Shown: piece after piece, positions 59,786 to 64,000 of the stretch | Numbering within the stretch: the first letter of the stretch is position 1 | Layout of the letters: each line of letters begins with the position of its first letter | Source of the DNA: Thermoanaerobaculia bacterium | GTDB lineage: Bacteria > Acidobacteriota > Thermoanaerobaculia > UBA2201 > DAOSWS01 | Assembly: GCA_035593605.1 (NCBI GenBank) | Contig: DAOSWS010000011.1 | Span: 28,304-92,303, forward strand | Reading direction: 5' to 3' | DNA length: 64,000 nucleotides | The notes under the pieces: generated by a model | Seen by the model: only the letters and a program-made list of their open reading frames with translations | What the model was told of the DNA's origin: nothing | Databases searched by the model: none | Program-made: the position numbers and the translations under genes

Positions 59786-60922
59786 CTACTCCAGCCATCG
59801 ATGGGAAAGGGTAAGAAATCCCACGGGATAGTCTTCATGTTTAACCTGAAAGATTCCCTTTTCCCTGACCTGATGAAAGACGTTCAAGCCCGCTTCATCA
59901 ACCAGAAAGACGGTGATATCAAAACTGCCCTTTAAAAAGGGAACCTTATCGATCACAAGCGTTGCTTCATAATGATCTCGTCCAGAATAGACGGAAGGCG
60001 TAGTCGTTGAGAAAACGGGCAATCCCGCAGAATGATCAAGAACAATGCCAAGACGGAAATTCAGGTCAGGATCCTTCGATTTCCACTGTACATGGATGGA
60101 CAGTCTGTCTCCCGGCCGCCCCTCCCCTTCGATCGTAACAGAGGTAACCATTGCGGGAAGATCGGATAGCGTATCCCTGCCGCCCGATTCAAGAGCCTGA
60201 CGGCGCGAGTTGAGGTAGGTTTCATAGGCAACCACCACATCATCACTTTTCCCCGCCATGCGTACCATGCCGCCATCCAGCCACAGGGCTTCATCGCAGA
60301 GCTGGGAAATATAGTAGAGCGCATGGGTGCAAAGTAGAATGGAACGTCCCATTTCACGGAACTGACGGATTTTATCAACGCATTTCTTCTGAAAATACCC
60401 GTCCCCAACCGCCAGAGCTTCATCAATGATCAAAATATCGGGATCTACGTGGGTGGCCACCGCAAAGGCAAGGCGCATAGCCATACCCGTCGAGTATGTT
60501 TTCACCGGCCTGTCAATGAAATCCCCAAGCTCTGCAAATTCGACCATGCTCGGAAGCCGTTTCCGGATCTCACCTTCGGTCAGACCGAGCATGGCCCCAT
60601 TCAGCACGGCATTATCCCGTCCGGAAAATTCACCATGAAATCCCATTCCCAGCTCCAGGATTGCCGCCACTCTCCCCTGAATCCGTATTTCACCCGAAGT
60701 TGGAAATGACGTTTTCGCAATCAGTTTCAGCAACGTCGACTTTCCGGCACCGTTTACACCAATCAGGCCGAGACTGCGACCATGGGACAATGCGTATGTG
60801 ACATCCTTCAGGGCACAGATCTCCTGATGGCGTTTAACTGAAGAAAAAACCTCGAGAATTCGATCCCGAGGCTTTGGATAGATACGATAAGTTTTCGAGA
60901 CGTCAACCAGCTCTAATACCAC
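59786..60922 (-). CDS. ABC transporter ATP-binding protein, polysaccharide/teichoic-acid exporter type (Wzt/TagH-like) with C-terminal substrate-binding extension
   Basis: Walker A GVNGAGKST, signature YSTGMAMRL and Walker B ILIIDEA. A ~130-aa C-terminal extension resembles the Wzt C domain. Confidence 0.8.
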   Translation of the reverse strand: MVLELVDVSKTYRIYPKPRDRILEVFSSVKRHQEICALKDVTYALSHGRSLGLIGVNGAGKSTLLKLIAKTSFPTSGEIRIQGRVAAILELGMGFHGEFSGRDNAVLNGAMLGLTEGEIRKRLPSMVEFAELGDFIDRPVKTYSTGMAMRLAFAVATHVDPDILIIDEALAVGDGYFQKKCVDKIRQFREMGRSILLCTHALYYISQLCDEALWLDGGMVRMAGKSDDVVVAYETYLNSRRQALESGGRDTLSDLPAMVTSVTIEGEGRPGDRLSIHVQWKSKDPDLNFRLGIVLDHSAGLPVFSTTTPSVYSGRDHYEATLVIDKVPFLKGSFDITVFLVDEAGLNVFHQVREKGIFQVKHEDYPVGFLTLSHRWLE

Positions 60923-60934
60923 TCCCGCTCAACC

Positions 60935-63900
60935 TCAGTTTACCTTTGGCGGCTCCTTCAGCGCGGTGATAAAGATACCATCATTGACACCGTTATCCAC
61001 CACTGAAGCGTAAAGGTACCCTCCCTGTCCGGACGTAACTTCAACCCGAACGGTTCCGGCCAGAACATCGATTTCTCCGAAGATATCCGTCAGTTTTGCC
61101 TGGCGGGCAGAGAGAGGATCTACCGTATAACCCTGGCTGATCCGAACCGGATTCCCTTCCGGATCGTACAGGGTCAGATTCATGACCAGCGGGGTAGTGC
61201 TGGATACGTTAACAAAACCAATATTTGTCCGCCACTCATCATCCTGTCGTAGTCCTGTTAGATAAAGAATCTGTCCCGCGCCAAAGTCCGCTCCCTGGGA
61301 AAGCGCAGGGATGTACTGCCCGAACGTTCCCCCTTCCGGAGAGAGATTATAGGTGCGGGAACCGATAAAGGGATTTTCATCTTCAGATCCCAGAATCTTC
61401 TTAAAAATGATGTATCCAACAAAATCATCCGTAAGATCAGGAAGAATATCGGTGACCACATCATGAATCACAATTGTTTCTCCGGCATTCAGCGTATAGT
61501 TCTTTGTTGCCGTAAATCCCTGTGGTGTCGTCTCTGAATTTGGATAGAGAAGGGTCGCAATGACCATCTGAGCCGGTGTGGGATTATGCATATAAAGATC
61601 GGTACGCCAGTTACTGCCAAAAGAACCGGCGGCATGGGTAACACCCGGGAGAAAGAGGGTTTCATCGGAATCCCGGACATCGGGCTGGAAAACAGCATCG
61701 CTGGTAATCTTGTCCGAAACGGATGCATAGGATGTAAAAGGCAGCACGCTTTCGCTGTGGATCTTTACCGTAAAAGGACCCTCATCGGTGATATAGGCAT
61801 AGAGGGAGACCTGGTCATTGGAGAGTCCGCCGATCGTCCTCTGGAATTGTTTTACATCGCGCCCCGAAGAATCATATACCGTGTACGTCACGGTATTGGG
61901 CTCCGAAGAAAGGTTGGTTGTACCCAGCTGTGTCCTGAAAGCGGCATTCTGTTCCAGGGCGTACAGGATCACATCATCGGTATAGTCCCGGATGGGATTC
62001 AGAAGGGATATGGCAGGGATGTACTGCCCGAAGGTGCCATCCGCCTGTTTGTTGTAGATTCTGCCGGCCACTAGCGGCGGGAGAGAGGCAGATCCGGAGA
62101 AATCGACAATCAGCATTCCACTGATATCCTCGGGAAGTCCCGATGTCGGAAATTGAAGCGTCAGCACATCTTCAATGATGATGGTTTGCATCGGGTTAAG
62201 TGTCAGACTGAACGGAGACTCAACCGTGTGCCCTTCGTTTGCAAAGATGTAACTGTATCGGAAATTAATGATCAGATCGCTGTTCGAATTGGGATTATGG
62301 AGAAAAACATCCGAGACCCAGAAAGAGTCATAATTTCCGTGGAACCGGGCCACGACCGGAAGGACATAACTCTTATTCGAGGGTATGGTACCGCTCTGAC
62401 TCACCACAACGGTTTTCGTCAGGGAGTTTGATCCGGATTCGTTCGCCACAGTCAGATTCACCTGATAGGATCCGGGAGCTGAAAAGACGTGGTTCGGGTT
62501 CTGGATCGCGGAAATTCCTCCGTCTCCAAAGTTCCAGGACCAGGATGTGGGTCCGCCGGAAGATTGATCGGTGAAATAGACGGTCTCTCCGGTCTTGGGT
62601 TCCGAAGGTATCCAGGCAAAATTCGCGGTCGGGCTTCCGGTAGAGCCTCCGCTTCCACAATTATCGTTATTGTCTATGGTTGTATTTACGGTGAAGCCCT
62701 GGGAAAAAGCGGGATCGTTGGAAGTAATGGTGAAGGGAAGGGATGTAGAGGAAACGCCCGAGGCCAGATCCACGAGAAAGATGGCATCGGCGTCCGCATT
62801 TGGCATAATTCTGGAAACGGTTATCGTGTCATCCTGAATCGTAACTCCACTGAGTGCCGTGGCAAGGGTCATAACCACATTGACGGCAGCCGTTGTGCCG
62901 CCATTGTGGACTCGAACGGCCAGAGGCACCCGTTCTCCAGGATTCCAGACTCCATCACCATTCCCATAGGTGTCGTCGCAAAAGGAGTATCCAACGTAAG
63001 AAAATGCCGGGGCGGCGGAGGGATCGATCACCGTGATCTTGACGCTGCCGCTCCAATTACCCTCGGTTGCGGCTAACGTCAGAGGGAAGGTGAAGGTCTG
63101 ATTCCCTGTGATGCCCGATGAAAAGGTGACCTTGAACGTACTGGTCGAGGTCGCCGTAGCGCCGGCGTTGATGGTACCCATTGAAATCTGACCCGTATTG
63201 ACCGTTGCATCGCCAGAGGACGAAGTAATGGAGGCCTGCACGTTGGTTGCGTTTCCTGTGCCGGAATTCTTGACCGTAATCTTGAAGTACACGGTCTCAC
63301 CGGGGTTAGCCTGACCGTTACTGTTGTTATCCGATGTAATCGTGTTGCTCTGGTAGACAAGGATCGGGTCGTTCGTGGTCGTCGAAGAATCGTGGATTGT
63401 CAGAGGTTGGTTTTGGGAAAAACCGGCGTCCGGAACATTGAGCGTCAATGTCAGGGAGGGGCAGGTAGTGCCCGTGCAGTAATCGTCCGCAAGATCGACA
63501 CTGAACCCCGAAAGGTTTTCCGCCTGGTCTCCGTTGGCTCCAATGTTGTAGTAGTCGACGGAGTTTAAAACAATGGCCTTTGCATTACTGCTGGTCACTG
63601 TCGCTTCAAGGTTGGTTGCCGGAGAGGATCCGTCGTTCTGAAGGGTGAATTTAAAGGTGTAGCAGTTGCCTTCGTACAGGTCGGGATGAGCTGGAGCACC
63701 CGGCAGGGGTGTCGTTCCACATCCGTAGGCCTTCCAGCCGATATAGTCCAGATTGAGATCCTGGAGCCAGGTGGCCATGTCGGCTTCCGCAAAAACCGCC
63801 TCAAAACAACCCTGATCACTGGTGATCGTCAGGGTGAACACAGCAGAACCCGTGGCGGTATCCGAGAGATCCAGGACAAAGGGATCGGTTCCCGAATTGG

Positions 63901-64000
63901 TTTTGGTTCCCCCGGCAAAGATTGTCCCGAAGGAGGCCGTATTGTCAGAAAGGGAAATAATATCGGTCCGATCGACTGACAGGGTGGCTGTCACATTCGA
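60935..64000 (-). CDS. Very large secreted/surface protein with PKD domain and multiple Ig/CARDB-like repeats. The N-terminus lies beyond the window.
   Basis: PKD signature WSWNFGDGGISAIQNPNHVFSAPGSYQVNLTVAN and repeated T/S/N-rich beta-sandwich-like segments. The ORF runs to the window edge. Confidence 0.7.
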   Translation of the reverse strand, partial: SNVTATLSVDRTDIISLSDNTASFGTIFAGGTKTNSGTDPFVLDLSDTATGSAVFTLTITSDQGCFEAVFAEADMATWLQDLNLDYIGWKAYGCGTTPLPGAPAHPDLYEGNCYTFKFTLQNDGSSPATNLEATVTSSNAKAIVLNSVDYYNIGANGDQAENLSGFSVDLADDYCTGTTCPSLTLTLNVPDAGFSQNQPLTIHDSSTTTNDPILVYQSNTITSDNNSNGQANPGETVYFKITVKNSGTGNATNVQASITSSSGDATVNTGQISMGTINAGATATSTSTFKVTFSSGITGNQTFTFPLTLAATEGNWSGSVKITVIDPSAAPAFSYVGYSFCDDTYGNGDGVWNPGERVPLAVRVHNGGTTAAVNVVMTLATALSGVTIQDDTITVSRIMPNADADAIFLVDLASGVSSTSLPFTITSNDPAFSQGFTVNTTIDNNDNCGSGGSTGSPTANFAWIPSEPKTGETVYFTDQSSGGPTSWSWNFGDGGISAIQNPNHVFSAPGSYQVNLTVANESGSNSLTKTVVVSQSGTIPSNKSYVLPVVARFHGNYDSFWVSDVFLHNPNSNSDLIINFRYSYIFANEGHTVESPFSLTLNPMQTIIIEDVLTLQFPTSGLPEDISGMLIVDFSGSASLPPLVAGRIYNKQADGTFGQYIPAISLLNPIRDYTDDVILYALEQNAAFRTQLGTTNLSSEPNTVTYTVYDSSGRDVKQFQRTIGGLSNDQVSLYAYITDEGPFTVKIHSESVLPFTSYASVSDKITSDAVFQPDVRDSDETLFLPGVTHAAGSFGSNWRTDLYMHNPTPAQMVIATLLYPNSETTPQGFTATKNYTLNAGETIVIHDVVTDILPDLTDDFVGYIIFKKILGSEDENPFIGSRTYNLSPEGGTFGQYIPALSQGADFGAGQILYLTGLRQDDEWRTNIGFVNVSSTTPLVMNLTLYDPEGNPVRISQGYTVDPLSARQAKLTDIFGEIDVLAGTVRVEVTSGQGGYLYASVVDNGVNDGIFITALKEPPKVN

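Overview
This is a high-GC (about 58-60%) bacterial chromosomal segment, densely coding, with about 54 protein-coding genes. Many genes are tightly overlapping and translationally coupled (ATGA/TGATG junctions). I found no rRNA, tRNA, CRISPR array, transposase or integrase.

Gene content suggests an anaerobic or microaerophilic, peptide-scavenging bacterium:
- NfnAB/SudAB-like GltD+PyrK pair, a reverse-rubrerythrin-like protein, several polyferredoxins and Fe/Mn SOD.
- POT peptide transporter with M19 and M20 peptidases.
- An orphan complex-I connecting module (nuoB-nuoCD-nuoI) without other nuo genes.
- An ECF sigma / anti-sigma / PDZ operon.
- Unusually dense c-di-GMP signalling: three GGDEF proteins, one HD-GYP protein and a GAF-GspE/PilB-type ATPase.
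- Several large secreted repeat proteins (Kelch beta-propeller, beta-helix-like 657-bp tandem repeats, PKD/Ig-like).

The ORF track translates GTG/TTG as M, so several starts were re-placed on ATG+RBS evidence.

Most interesting candidates for an undescribed system:
1. A four-gene overlapping operon at 43782-49084: secreted HExxH protein, GAF-GspE-family ATPase, carbon-nitrogen hydrolase, and a Zn-ribbon M48 peptidase with a poly-Cys hydrophobic tail. It carries no pilus or secretion partner genes.
2. A DUF3391-like HEAT protein coupled to an HD-GYP phosphodiesterase (19925-23169).
3. A Tat-DUF362 protein with a six-cluster NapH-like membrane polyferredoxin (30509-32930).
4. A 345-bp AT-rich island with a triplicated 14-bp motif (15961-16305).
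5. Near-identical intragenic 657-bp repeats in a secreted beta-helix-like protein (25670-29158).
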